From positions 566,756-630,755 of the forward strand of contig CAVUZH010000014.1 in assembly GCA_963745835.1 (NCBI GenBank): DNA of 64,000 nt, read 5' to 3'. Every line of letters starts with the position of its first letter. Position 1 is the first letter of the stretch. Shown here in pieces: positions 10,862 through 22,008 of the stretch. The notes under the pieces are model-generated. The model was not told the DNA's origin and ran no database searches. It was given only the letters and a program-made list of their open reading frames with translations. The DNA comes from an uncultured delta proteobacterium. GTDB taxonomy: Bacteria > Desulfobacterota > Binatia > UBA9968. Both the position numbers and the translations under genes were made by a program.

Positions 10862-11703
10862 TTAGTGGGACTGTGGCTCGCTGTAGAAAAAGTCATCCAT
10901 CATGACGATGTCGTTCTCATTATCATCATCCGGCCCCGGGGCTACGTTGCCGGTTGTGATCCGGACCCGCGCGATGCGCGCGTCTTCAAAAAGGATCCCG
11001 AAGAATGAAAGGCTCGCATCGCCTGGTGAAGCCGGAACGAAACTGCTGAATATCAGCCTGCCATCGCGGTCAAAGTACTCCATTAGCGTGCTGTCCCCAC
11101 GAGGGTTCGCGCGCCTCAAGCGAGGTCCGATCCCATTTGACTCGTCAACATCTGTGAAGACCGCGCCGAAGCCACGGACCGTTGCTGGTGAACTCGTATT
11201 GGTAGCCGGGTATGAAAAAGCAGCTTCGGTGAGGTTGCTACCTACGGGGTGAACAGGCGCAAAGGGCTGAAGGTGCTGAAGGTGTCTCCGTAGGTCGGAT
11301 TGTTAAAGAGCGCTTCAAGGCCACCCTGTGGCGCCGCCCGAAGGGGGAGCCTGCGAAAGGCCGACTCCCGAGCGTGGTGAACTGACCGCCCCGGTGTTTA
11401 GGAAAACGTTGAACGGCGTTACGGGTGCTGTCGTGGCGTCACCACCGCCGCCGTCCCAGTTGATCTCGCGCCGACCGCTCTGCAAGCGGCCCTGGGGCAT
11501 TGGCGTTGTTGGGTTCTCCCAGAGCAGCGCGGTACGCATCGACCGTGCCCTGAATCGACTCGGCGGTTGGTCCAGCCGCCTGGAATATCATCGGTGCAAC
11601 CAACTTGCCTTGCGCCTGCGCAGTCTGAGCAAATTGGAACTAGCACCATAACCGACAGAAAGCCAAAAACGGCTACAAGTGTCAAAACCATATGTTTCTT
11701 CAT
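10862..11703 (-). CDS. secreted hypothetical protein, split by several frameshifts
   Basis: Signal-peptide ORF (11703), middle fragment GRREINWDGGG and C-terminal fragment SFFGILF..DIVMMDDFFYSEPQ are collinear. Confidence 0.65.
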
Positions 11704-12300
11704 GGTCGCATGCTCCTATTCCGTATATTTACATTGCTAACAACTACGAGATTGCTCGTTGCTCTTTCTTAGCCGCACTCCACCTGTACTGTTTGCATGC
11801 TGTCCGTTGTTATTCCCGCTGCTCATCTCCACAGCATGACATGCGACTGAGATCTACTTGAGCGAATCTGGGATCTTATCGGAGGAGGACCTCTAGCATC
11901 CCTGATGAGTTGTTCGATTGTGAGAAAGTAGGTGCGGAAGGGAATACAAGCCGCACACCGAAATGGATAAAAAAGCAAAATCGATGGCCTCATCGGCATG
12001 CCTCTCATCGGCGACAGTCATAAAACGACCACCACAGACACAGCACGCACAGCAGCCACGAGCAAATGTGGAGTTTCCATTGCCCGTTTATCACAGGCTT
12101 GGGTTAGGTCAAGAAAAATATTGCGATAAGATTTTGCGATGACTGCGATAAGATTTTACGATGAGAATGATTGCTGAGTCATCTGGGGTTTCATACCATC
12201 ATCTCGCCGCGCCGGTACGCATGGAGGGGAATTATTTAGGTAGTCGCTTTGTTCCGGAAGGTTGGCAGACCACATGCCGGGCTGTGGGATCTCGCCCTTC

Positions 12301-13323
12301 TTACTGGCTCATCAGTTTCTTCAATCGTTCGACAATCTCCGGCGGTTGGGTGACAACATCTTTCGCCAAAGCCTCGAGATCTTCGCCGCGACTCGGAGTG
12401 ATATCCAAATTTTTGCTTTTTGCCTCGGCGATAAATTCAGGATCATTCATCGTCGTCATAAAAGCAGCGCGTAAAATTCTCATCCTGTCCGGCGCGACTC
12501 CTGGAGGAGCCATGATCGGCCGCCCGAATTCCCCGCCCGCCATTACCAACGGCACTAAGCGGCGCGCCGCGTCGGGAGTTTTAAATTCATCCATAAGCTC
12601 TTGGAATGTAGGCGCCTCGGGCAAACGCGGATCTCTAGTCTGTCCCGTCTGCATCACGATTCGCACAAAATTGTTTTTGCGCCAGGTATGATAAGGTTCA
12701 CGCGAGTGAAAAGCCTGAATGGTAAAGGCCCGGCATTGAAGCTCGCCGCGCTCCACCGCCAGATCGATCTCACCGCCGCCTTTGTATCCGGCCACGACAG
12801 TAAACTTGGTGCCGATGGTTTCTTCCAGAAGCTTGGGAAAATAACTTTCTGATGTGCCGACCCCTGTTGAACCGCATTTCGGCGGCACCGCCGCTTGCCG
12901 CACATCGGCAAGGCTCTTGTATGGCAGATCGGAGCGCAGATAGAGCAGCCAGTCCGATTTATCGAGGCTGCCGATCCAACCGAATTTCGCCCAGTCGAAT
13001 TTTACCTCTGACTGCTTTAACAGCTGATTGAAAAAGATTGTCGGTTGCACCGCGCCAATCGTCAGTCCATCGGGTTTGGAAATATTATAAAGATGATTGG
13101 CGCCGATGATCGATCCCGCCCCGGTCATGTTTTGCACGACGAAGGTTGGCTGTCCTGGAATATGTTTGCCCATGTGCGCCGTGAGCAGCCGTGTGTACAA
13201 ATCGTAGACGCTCCCGGCGCTAACCCCAGCCACGACCGTAATCGTTTTGCCTTGGTAGAATGGGCTTTGCGCTTTCAGCTCAGAAGCCCAGATGACAAAG
13301 AACAGGCAAAGTATTTTCTTCAT
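12301..13323 (-). CDS. Bug/TctC tripartite tricarboxylate transporter substrate-binding protein
   Basis: FYQGKTITVVAG, VVQNMTGAGS, KPDGLTIG and GYKGGGEIDLAVERGE. Start placed at MKKILCL. Confidence 0.9.
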   Translation of the reverse strand: MKKILCLFFVIWASELKAQSPFYQGKTITVVAGVSAGSVYDLYTRLLTAHMGKHIPGQPTFVVQNMTGAGSIIGANHLYNISKPDGLTIGAVQPTIFFNQLLKQSEVKFDWAKFGWIGSLDKSDWLLYLRSDLPYKSLADVRQAAVPPKCGSTGVGTSESYFPKLLEETIGTKFTVVAGYKGGGEIDLAVERGELQCRAFTIQAFHSREPYHTWRKNNFVRIVMQTGQTRDPRLPEAPTFQELMDEFKTPDAARRLVPLVMAGGEFGRPIMAPPGVAPDRMRILRAAFMTTMNDPEFIAEAKSKNLDITPSRGEDLEALAKDVVTQPPEIVERLKKLMSQ

Positions 13324-13500
13324 GCAAACGGCTGTAACACGCTGCCGTTGCCGCAGGCAACGGAAAAGTGAGTCGATGGTTGCAGCGCAACTTAAACAGC
13401 TTCTCTTTCCGATGACGGAATCGCGTACGTAAGGTCCTCTAACCAGCAAGCTTCTTGGACGACAATGCAATATCTATCATCGAGTATGACTACAGTAATA

Positions 13501-13580
13501 TAAGGCGTACATCGGCAGTACGTCGAAGCGAGACGAACGAGCGCAACGAAGGATATGAGGCTTGTTTCAGCAGCCTATTA
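13501..13580. repeat. partial copy of the MITE-like CAGGCTGCTGAAA element
   Basis: GTACGTCGAAGCGAGACGAACGAGCGCAACGAAG...TTTCAGCAGCCT matches the right half of 61000-61156. Confidence 0.75.
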
Positions 13581-15107
13581 CTTCTTTTTCAATTTCATCG
13601 ACGTCAGCAACGGAATAGCGCTAATCGCCAGCGCAAACATGTAAGTCACATTCATCGAAGCTACAAAGACTTGCGTATCCCCAGGATTCGGCGTCGTTCC
13701 CGGAATCCCTGAATAGTAGCGAAATGCCAGGGTCAAAAAAATTCCGCTGAGCGAGATGCCCAGCATGTGCCCCAGGCCGAAAATTCCATTGATAATCCCA
13801 ATCGCTGTGCCCCAATGCTCTTTAGGCAACGAACTGATCATCACCGCCTGTGACGGCGTATTAAAAAAAGCCGAGCCGATCCCCGCAAGCGCCAGCTGGA
13901 CCGCGGGCCAGATCCAGTGAGAGTCGGCGCCGAGATTCGCGCCAATAAGAAAAGCCGACATCAGGATGAGCACGCCGCTCATCAAGAGGAAACGGGCGCC
14001 GATACGATCCGTGAGAACGCCGCTCACGGGCGACAACACCATGCTGAGAACCGATGGCGCCAAAAAAATAACTCCCATAAAGGTCGGCGAAAGTTTTAGC
14101 ACCTCTTGAAGATAGAAAGGCGCGACAAACGTAACCAGACCCTGAGTTATGCAGCACATGAGCAGGCCGACCGAGCCGTAGCCGAAAGCAGGGACGGAGA
14201 AAAAAGACAGGTCGATCATCGGGCTAGGGGTTCTTCGCTCATACGCAACGAAACCCCAGAGCGCTCCCACGAAAGTCACAGCCAATAGCGCCTGGCTGAT
14301 GCCGCCCAGAAACTCGGCGAGTTTTTGATCGAGAAGCAGCGTAATCATCACCGTTAGTCCCAGGAAAATCGCTGCCCCGCGATAATCGATCGGCTGACGT
14401 GGCGAAGCATATGCCGCAACTGAGCGTCCGATCACAAAGCAGAGCGCCATGCCGACCAAGCTCGGCACGAACAGCAGGAAAAAAATGCCGCGCCAATGAA
14501 CCAGATCGATGATTAGGCCGCCGATCGGCGGGCCGATAAAAAACCCAAGCTGATGTGACATAGCCATCAATCCCTGGGCCTTGCCCTCGGACCCTGCCGG
14601 CATCGCGCGAAAGGCCAGGGTACGGCCCGAAGATTGAATCATCGCGCCGCCGACTCCTTGTACGAAGCGAAACAGAATCAATTGTAAAACATCCTGCGAG
14701 AATCCACAGAGAAGCGATCCAACGGCCATGATCGCCATGCCGGAAGCGAACATTTTGGGATGACCGTAAATATCCCCCAGCCGGCCACAGATTACGCCAA
14801 GCCCGATCCCCGCCATTTGATAAACGATCAACGCCCAGGAAATGCCTAGAATGTCGGTTTCCAGAGCCGTCGCCAACGTCGGCACCGAAATCATAAACAC
14901 ACGGGTCGAGATTCCAGCGATGGTAACGCCGATGACTGAATTGATCAGAGTAAGCCGGCGCGCTCGCGCCTCCGTGGATGATTGATCTTGGGGTGTTTGA
15001 TTCTGCAAGTTCAAAGTGGCGAGCCTCACACGTATTAAGATGCTCGAGATGATATCTACGACGCGATCACAGGTGGGCCATCCGACTTTATTGTTATCAC
15101 GGCGCAA
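13578..15107 (-). CDS. MFS transporter, DHA2/EmrB-like
   Basis: About 14 TM segments with GRLGDIYG, FRFVQGVGGA and WRGIFFL. The true start is probably downstream of 15107. Confidence 0.9.
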   Translation of the reverse strand: MRRDNNKVGWPTCDRVVDIISSILIRVRLATLNLQNQTPQDQSSTEARARRLTLINSVIGVTIAGISTRVFMISVPTLATALETDILGISWALIVYQMAGIGLGVICGRLGDIYGHPKMFASGMAIMAVGSLLCGFSQDVLQLILFRFVQGVGGAMIQSSGRTLAFRAMPAGSEGKAQGLMAMSHQLGFFIGPPIGGLIIDLVHWRGIFFLLFVPSLVGMALCFVIGRSVAAYASPRQPIDYRGAAIFLGLTVMITLLLDQKLAEFLGGISQALLAVTFVGALWGFVAYERRTPSPMIDLSFFSVPAFGYGSVGLLMCCITQGLVTFVAPFYLQEVLKLSPTFMGVIFLAPSVLSMVLSPVSGVLTDRIGARFLLMSGVLILMSAFLIGANLGADSHWIWPAVQLALAGIGSAFFNTPSQAVMISSLPKEHWGTAIGIINGIFGLGHMLGISLSGIFLTLAFRYYSGIPGTTPNPGDTQVFVASMNVTYMFALAISAIPLLTSMKLKKK

Positions 15108-15389
15108 ACGTGCAGAACTGTGACATGCGGGAGATCGCTCGATTGTACCCAGTCTTAGTCGACTTTTATAGGGATCGGCTGCTCCCTATCGAACTTACGC
15201 GAGCACTGTGCTGTTGGTGTATATAGTTCGAGTGGGATATGAACGATGACTGGGCCTGCTCGAAGTGGTACTTAATTGGCGCAAGTGAGGAGAGATATCG
15301 ATGAAGCCGATTGATCTGCAGGAACTCCGAGTGGGCTTTGGTAAACAGTTTAATAAACGTCGCGCATCATGCTCTCATGATCATCAGCC

Positions 15390-16632
15390 GTGAAATCTCT
15401 TAATCGCTTCTCGCGTATGTCTACGGGACTTTGGTTCGTTCCGTTGATGTGCGTGCTCGCAGGCGTCGGTCTATCGTTTGGCACAATTGCCATCGATAAG
15501 GCCTACGACTATGAGCTTATCCCGCAGTCGATCAGCGGCGGTCCCGACGCAGCGTTGGAGATTTTGGGAACGGTCGCGGCATCGATGGTCAGTCTTGCAG
15601 CACTTGTACTGACCATCACCATGGTGGTCGTGCAACTCGCAATGGGTCAGTTCTCGCCACGAATCGTCCAGCGCATCCTGCAGGACAAACCCAGCCAGCT
15701 CGCCATTGGCACTTTTGTAGGGACTTTCGCGCACGCCATGCTGACGCTCCGCGAAGTGCAAACCGGAAGCGAGGAACGTGGTTCCCGGCGTCGCTGTGAT
15801 CCTGGCCTTCGTGCTCGTCATCATCAGCATCATGGTGCTTGTCTGGTATGTGAATCACATCGGACGCTCTCTGAGAGTATCAGCGCTGATCGAGCTTGTC
15901 GGGACAGATACACGCAAACTGCTCGATAGGCTCTATGCAGATGCTGGCGAGACACGCAGCCCTGAACGGCCGACGATCTGCGCGCCCCACTCGGGCGTGA
16001 TCACTCAGATAGATCACAAAGAGCTGGTGCGAATTGCCGAGGCGGGGAATTGCGTTCTGACGCTTCTGCCATCACTGGGCGAATTTGTGCCGGCAGGCGC
16101 GCCGCTGTTCGAGATTGCGGGCGCACCCGATCGGATCGACACCGACGCCACGGTGCGCGCGATCCAGCTTGGCCCCGAACGGACTCTTGACCAGGACGTG
16201 GCCTTCGGCCTGCGGATGCTCGTCGACATCGCCGAGCGGTCGCTGTCCGACGGACCGTTTCTCGATCCGACGACGGCAGTCCAGGCAATCGATCGGCTGC
16301 ACGATTGCCTGCGCCAGCTGGCGCCACGTTCGTTTCCTGACGGTCGATTCCGCGACGACAAGGGCGAGGTGCGGTTGGTGACGCCGTCGATGACCTGGGA
16401 GGACTATGTCCACCTTGCGTTCGATGAAATCCGAATGGCGGGCGCGGGATCACCGCAAGTTGCACGTCGACTGCGCGCAGCTCTGCAAGACTTGCTTACG
16501 ATTGCGCCGCCGGAACGTCAACTTGCGCTGAAGGAGCAGCTTACTTTACTGCAGTCCGGTATTGAAAGCGCCATCGGCGAAGGGAGCGACCGCACCTATT
16601 CCAAGCGCGGCGATCCACGCGGACTCGGTTGA
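15390..16632 (+). CDS. DUF2254-like membrane protein (frameshift near 15775)
   Basis: VVQLAMGQFSPR in the first ORF. QDVAFGLRMLVDIAERSLS and DPTTAVQAIDRL in the second. Confidence 0.85.
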
Positions 16633-16997
16633 TACATCGCTAAGAATAAGGGAAAACTAGACTCCCGCCCACTTTCCGAGCCGGCTGTAGTCCGAGTTTT
16701 TCTTTTTGTCCGCGAGAAAAGGGGCCCATCTATTCTTGAATGTCCGCTTCTCAAAGAATGTTCAACAGGCAGGCGAGTCACTGCGCCCGCTTACTGCTCT
16801 TACCTATAACATACCGCACAATACAATCGGTCAAGCGCCTGCTGGGAATTTTCTTGACAGTTTGCCGAGTCTTCGCAATAAGGATCGGGAATGGTTTACT
16901 GGCAAGAATTCGCTGATGCTTCATCTGGGTGAAGCACAGACTATTGGTCCGTGAAAACCGCGAGAGAATGTCTTGTTATCGAAAAGGGTGAAATAGG

Positions 16998-18002
16998 ATG
17001 AGCTGTTGGAACCTTCAATCGCTGATGACCGTCGTATCACTCGTATCATCTCTGCTCATGCCACCCGTTATCTCGGCGGCTGACAAGCTCAGCGCGCTCT
17101 ATTCTGCTCAGTCAGTGTCGTACTCGCTGCCGTGGATTGCGCAGGACGCCGGTCTTTTTCGCAAACACAATTTGGATTTCCAGCTTGTCTATATTCCATC
17201 ATCGGGTGTAGCCACTGCGGCTTTGCTCGGCGGCGACGTAGAGATTGCCCTGGCTGGAGGAGTCGGCATCGTGCGCGCCTTCGCTCAAGGCGCCAGCGAC
17301 CTGGTGTTCATCGGCGGCTTCAAAAATGCCCTGACGCATAGCATCGTCGCTAAACCGGATATGACCAAGCCTGAGGATCTCAAAGGGAAAAAGATCGGCA
17401 TCACACGGCTCGGCAGTAACAGTCACTATTTCGCCGTGCAGGCGTTACGGCGCATGGGTTTGGACGCATCACGCGATGTGACGCTCATTCAAGCCGGCGG
17501 CGAGCCGGAAATCGTTGCGGCTCTCATCAACGGCGCCATCGATGCCGGATCGATCACCACGCCGGCGGACAACAGAGCGGTCGCCCAGGGTTTTCGTTAT
17601 TTGTTGTTCGGCCCGGATCTACAAATTGCCTATGCAGCCGCGAATATCGTCACTCGCCGTTCGATGATCGCGAAACGGCCGCAGGCTGCCGCCGCGTTCA
17701 TGCAAGTCATGGCCGAAGCCGCGAAAATTCTCCACACCAACAAAGAATTTACGTACAAGGTTCTGGGGAAATACCTGGGCATCAGCGACCCGAAAATCAT
17801 CGATGCCGCATTCGCGACCGAAATCAAAGTCATGGAGCGGCGCTTGGATGTTAAACCGGAAGGTATTCAAGCGATCCTCGACGAAGTCGTCAAGACAGAC
17901 CCGCGGGCAAAAACCATCCGGCCGCAGGACCTGATCGACCGGCGCTTCCTCGATGCAATGGCCAAGAGCGGATCTTTAGACAAACTATGGGCAAGCAAAT
18001 GA
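16998..18002 (+). CDS. NMT1/SsuA-type ABC substrate-binding protein
   Basis: Signal peptide, WIAQDAGLFRKH and DLKGKKIGITRLGS. Confidence 0.9.
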   Translation: MSCWNLQSLMTVVSLVSSLLMPPVISAADKLSALYSAQSVSYSLPWIAQDAGLFRKHNLDFQLVYIPSSGVATAALLGGDVEIALAGGVGIVRAFAQGASDLVFIGGFKNALTHSIVAKPDMTKPEDLKGKKIGITRLGSNSHYFAVQALRRMGLDASRDVTLIQAGGEPEIVAALINGAIDAGSITTPADNRAVAQGFRYLLFGPDLQIAYAAANIVTRRSMIAKRPQAAAAFMQVMAEAAKILHTNKEFTYKVLGKYLGISDPKIIDAAFATEIKVMERRLDVKPEGIQAILDEVVKTDPRAKTIRPQDLIDRRFLDAMAKSGSLDKLWASK

Positions 18003-18050
18003 GAGTTGCCCGAGCAAAATCCAGCTTCAATCGAAATAGAGGAGCACTTC

Positions 18051-19082
18051 ATGAAAGCTTATTTAGTCGTTGACGCCGATGGACACGTCGAAGAATCATC
18101 GAAAGGACTGCAAAAATATTTAAAGCCGGAAAATCGCGGCCGCCCGCTCTGGACCAGCGACTCCTGGGATCGCAATTTCGGCGGCGCCCTTGGCAAGGTC
18201 AATGAAGACCCTCGTGTGCAACTCGAAGACATGGACGCCGACGGCATCGATGTCCAGGTGGTCTACCCGACGCGCGGAATTTCACTTAGCGCGGCGAGAG
18301 AAGTGGATTTGGCGGTGGATCTCGCCCGCGCGTACAACGATTGGCTGGCCGATTTCTGTTCGGTCAATCCCGCGCGGCTCAAAGGGGTCGCGCTGGTTGC
18401 GCTCCAGGACGTAAACGCCGCTATCGCGGAGGCGCGCCGCGCAGTCGAACAACTGGGCTTCATCGGTGTGATGATGCCGACCAATGTGCTCGATCAGGAT
18501 ATCGGCCACAAACAATTCTGGCCGTTTTACGAAGAGGTCGAGAGACTCGGGGTTGGCCTCGGATTTCACGGCGGCATTCGCGCTTCGCAACGAATGCACG
18601 GCCGATTCGGCAGCTTCATTGCGGTCCATACATTGGCGTTTCCCCTCGAGTGCATGGTCGCTCTTACCGGGATGATTTATGCCGGCGTGCCGGAGCTCTT
18701 CCCGAAGCTGCGAGTCGCCGCTCTGGAAGCGAGCTGTGGGTGGGTTCCGTTCCTGATGGACCGGATGGACGAGGAGTTTGAAAAACGCGGCAGCAGAGAA
18801 GCGCCCCTACTCAAGGCAAAACCGAGCGAGTACATGACCAACGGCCAATTCTACTATGCGTTTGAACTGGAAGAATCGACCTTGCCCTATGTTGCCGAGC
18901 GAGTAGGATCCGACAAATTGCTCTACTCGTCGGATTACCCTCATTGGGATACGTCATGGCCCAACACCGTGCGCACTGTAAGAGAACGGGATGATATTAC
19001 CGAAGCGCAAAAGAAACAATTTTTATCAGACAATGTTCAGAGCTTTTACGGCTTCACAGCAAAGGCATCGAACTCCGTATAG
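18051..19082 (+). CDS. amidohydrolase_2 family metallo-hydrolase/decarboxylase
   Basis: VVDADGHV, AYNDWLADFC, LEASCGWVP and SSDYPHWD. GAGGAG RBS. Confidence 0.92.
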   Translation: MKAYLVVDADGHVEESSKGLQKYLKPENRGRPLWTSDSWDRNFGGALGKVNEDPRVQLEDMDADGIDVQVVYPTRGISLSAAREVDLAVDLARAYNDWLADFCSVNPARLKGVALVALQDVNAAIAEARRAVEQLGFIGVMMPTNVLDQDIGHKQFWPFYEEVERLGVGLGFHGGIRASQRMHGRFGSFIAVHTLAFPLECMVALTGMIYAGVPELFPKLRVAALEASCGWVPFLMDRMDEEFEKRGSREAPLLKAKPSEYMTNGQFYYAFELEESTLPYVAERVGSDKLLYSSDYPHWDTSWPNTVRTVRERDDITEAQKKQFLSDNVQSFYGFTAKASNSV

Positions 19083-19147
19083 CGGTGTATCAAACGATAG
19101 CAACAAACGGCCGGTGACCGCCGATTTCTCTTAAGCTTTTCATGCCT

Positions 19148-20269
19148 CTAAGCCCAGAGAACGGCTGCAGTTTTGGTAACTAGCTCCAGTTTACTCCGTT
19201 GGTTCTCAAGTGAAATATTGTTGCCGACGATCGAGGAGGCAAAGCCGCACTGTGGACTGATAGCCAAACGTTCTAGCGGAACATATCGAGTCGCTTCAGT
19301 CACCTTCTCTGTTAGTGACGCCAACGACTCGAGCTCAGGATTCTTCGTTGTGATCAAGCCGAGAACTATGATCTTGTCTTCAGGCACTTCTCTGAGGGCC
19401 TCAAACGAGCCCGAGCGCTCGTCGTCATATTCCAAGAGCAAGCGCTGTGGCTTTAGCTTGCGAAACAATTCGCCGCTGATAGCTTCATATCCTCCCTGCG
19501 ACAGCCAACGGCTGCCTTGGTTGCCGCGTCAGACGTGAAACCCGAAAGTCACATCGCCAAATCCGTCCACCACCGCGTTGTCCAGCTCGATGCCTAAAGA
19601 GAGCCACTGGTTAAGACTCCAGCCAAGGTTTTCGTAGAAGGCTCGCGTTTTGGCATCGAGCAAGAGGCCATAATGCGGCGCGTCGATTTGAATGTAAGTG
19701 GCGCCGAGGCGCACGAGTTCGGCAACCTCCTCGCGCAGGATGCTGACGATGTCGGCGAGAAACGCATCGAGTGTGGGATACGCCGTTCGCGAATATTTTG
19801 GCGACCAAAAATTGGCCCATAGTGTCGGGCTCGGAATGGTCACTTTGGGAATTCGGCTGGTCTTTTTCTTAAGGTAGGAAAATTCATCGGCTGAGAGATA
19901 TCGACGACGGCTCAACTTTTCGACCACACCCAACTTATCTGGCCGCGGGTGACGATGCACACCCAGTGAGTCGTACCAGTCGCCCCAAAGAAAAGCATCA
20001 AGCCCGAACGCACCGAAACCGTCGACCGCTGCCGTCATTTGACTCTGAAACGATTGCCGCCGCATCTCGCCATCGGTAACAATCTCCAATCCGGCATTTT
20101 CTTGCAAGGCAATCGCCTCGTCGACGGCGTGATCCTCGATTTCCTTAAATTGCACCGTGCTGAGAGTGCCGGCGGCGAGTTGTTTTTGCGCGGCAACCAA
20201 CTCCGCAGGTCGCAGAAGACTTCCCACCACATCGGCATGAACCCTAACAGGCTGCTGAAAAAGACCCAT
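19148..20269 (-). CDS. cobalamin-independent methionine synthase II family protein with in-frame TGA (candidate selenocysteine) at the Zn-ligand Cys
   Basis: ORFs 19529-20287 and 19148-19468 share a frame. The joined protein has ADVVGSLLRP, TDGEMRR, YIQIDAP, HV-TGA-RGN, LLEYDDERSG and SPQCGF. Confidence 0.9.
19500..19516 (-). promoter_or_regulatory. candidate bacterial SECIS hairpin
   Basis: GGCAGCC-GTT-GGCTGTC starts 12 nt after the TGA (19531-19529), with a G-first apical loop. Confidence 0.65.
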
Positions 20270-20300
20270 AGGGTTCGTTGCGTTCAATCGTCTCGCTCAA
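20244..20300. repeat. partial MITE-like element overlapping the 5' end of the MetE-II gene
   Basis: TAACAGGCTGCTGAAAAAGACCCATAGGGTTCGTTGCGTTC is the reverse-complement end of the 61000-61156 element. Confidence 0.75.
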
Positions 20301-20385
20301 TCCGTGTTCGTGATACGCGTGTTCGTGTTCGCTCGGAATTCTCGATCACGTTTTCACGCACACGAGCACGATCGTCCGGTGTCTT

Positions 20386-21374
20386 TCACGGCCGAATTTT
20401 ATACTTTCGCTCGATCTCTTCGACATAGCCGCTTTTGACTACCTTTTCGAGAATGCGCTGATCGAGAAGATCCTCGACGTTGTATTTCGCTATTTTGGGA
20501 TCACGCAGCGCGACGATCTCCTGCACGGTTTTCAAGCCTTTGACCGTCACAAAGGTATACGACGTCAGATCATCGAGGAGAAGCTTGTATCCTGTTTCTG
20601 CGAGTTGCCTGTCTGTCTTGATATGTTTCTGCAGAACGGCGACACCCTTTTCTTTCTGAGCGCGCATAACCGCACTCGCTTCTATCATCGCTTTAATAAA
20701 GTTCTCAACCGTCTGAGGATTTTTTTGAATGAAAGACTCCGCGCTCATATAAGGGCTGGAAGGAAGAGCGATCCGGCTCAAATCTAGCAGCACTTTGACC
20801 CCTAGGCCTTGGAGCCGCACCGATTGCAATTTATCCAAAGCGGCTCCGTCGATAATCCCGTTGCCAGAGCTTGGGCGATCACAGTGCTATCGCCAATCGC
20901 CTGGATACTGATGTTATCCCTCTGAGGATCCAATCCCATTTCTCTCAGCGACAACATAGTAAGGCTCCAGAGAAGCCCGCTGAAATCCTGTACGCCGACT
21001 TTTTTACCTCTCAGGTCGCGCGGATTGGTAATCGAAGGCGATACCAAAAAATCGTAGGACGCTCTTTCGGCGAACAGTGACAAGAGAATTTTGAGCTTCG
21101 CCCCCTGCGCCGCGGCGGAAAGCATACTCGACGCGCTGCCACGGACAAACTGCACCTCATTAGAGACCAGAGCCGAAACTTGCAGAGGCGCGCTGCGGAC
21201 GGTGACAAGATCCGCCTCCAATCCATGCTTGGCAAAGATTCCTTCGTCCTTGGCAAGCCAGAGAGGAGTCCCCGCCGCAGCCACACCGGAGTACGCAACT
21301 CTGATGGACTCGGCCTGAAGCGGTGAAGCAAACAGAACCACAGCTATAATGATCGAGAATGTTTTGGCAAGCAT
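20386..21374 (-). CDS. NMT1/SsuA-type substrate-binding protein (frameshift near 20850)
   Basis: LWLAKDEGIFAKHGLE and DLRGKKVGV. The C-terminal half is in ORF 20386-20838. Confidence 0.87.
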
Positions 21375-21643
21375 AGATCATCCTCCTCGAAATTGCTTCT
21401 AGAGAATTTTCTACGAGGAACCGCGACATCCGTCATCAGCTTCGAATTTTGAGTGAAGCAACAGATCTGATCCGTACATACTCGTCAGCGCTTACGGAAT
21501 CAAGAAATTTCTTGTCGAGGTTGCCGATGGTAGAACAGCGCGAAGGATCCATAAAGCCAAATCAAATGTCCCCAAACACCGGTTCACACAAGAGACGCAG
21601 TATAATTCCATGAGAAAGTTTGTTGGGTTCTTTTTTCCGTTGT

Positions 21644-21772
21644 CAAGATGTCAGTACGAGGATGGTTTACACGCATGTATTGAATCGCGGCGGACGAGGG
21701 GTGCGAAGTCCGGTCGACAGCTTAGGAGCCGGGCTCGACGGTCATTTCGATGATTATAATATACGGAAATAA
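21644..21772 (+). pseudogene. intI: 3' remnant of an integron integrase
   Basis: Translates as QDVSTRMVYTHVLNRGGRGVRSPVDSL, the characteristic IntI C-terminus including the catalytic Tyr. No upstream integrase sequence is present. Confidence 0.85.
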
Positions 21773-21859
21773 CTTTCGGCTTCTATCGGATGACTCGTTT
21801 ATGTGCCTTTACAAGGTATTGTTCTAGTTGTAAAAGCGATTTAACTCACACATATGAGC

Positions 21860-21914
21860 CACGCTATACAGAAGTTATAAAGTTCTATAAAGAACCAGAT
21901 ATTATTGGTTAGGC
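21860..21914 (+). other. putative attI recombination site
   Basis: AT-rich segment (AGTTATAAAGTTCTATAAAG) ending in GTTAGGC (21908-21914), the exact complement of the GCCTAAC that closes the first cassette. Confidence 0.55.
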
Positions 21915-22008
21915 GGCAGCGACGATTCGCGTTAAACTCTGCAGTCGACCTGTCGTGGAGACACAATGCTGATAGTCGCCTGTTTAATCGCGGCGATGGA
22001 GGAGCGAA

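Noticed and set aside
12121-12162. Direct repeat TGCGATAAGATTTT x2
   Set aside because: Only two short copies with no associated gene, which is too little to assign a function.
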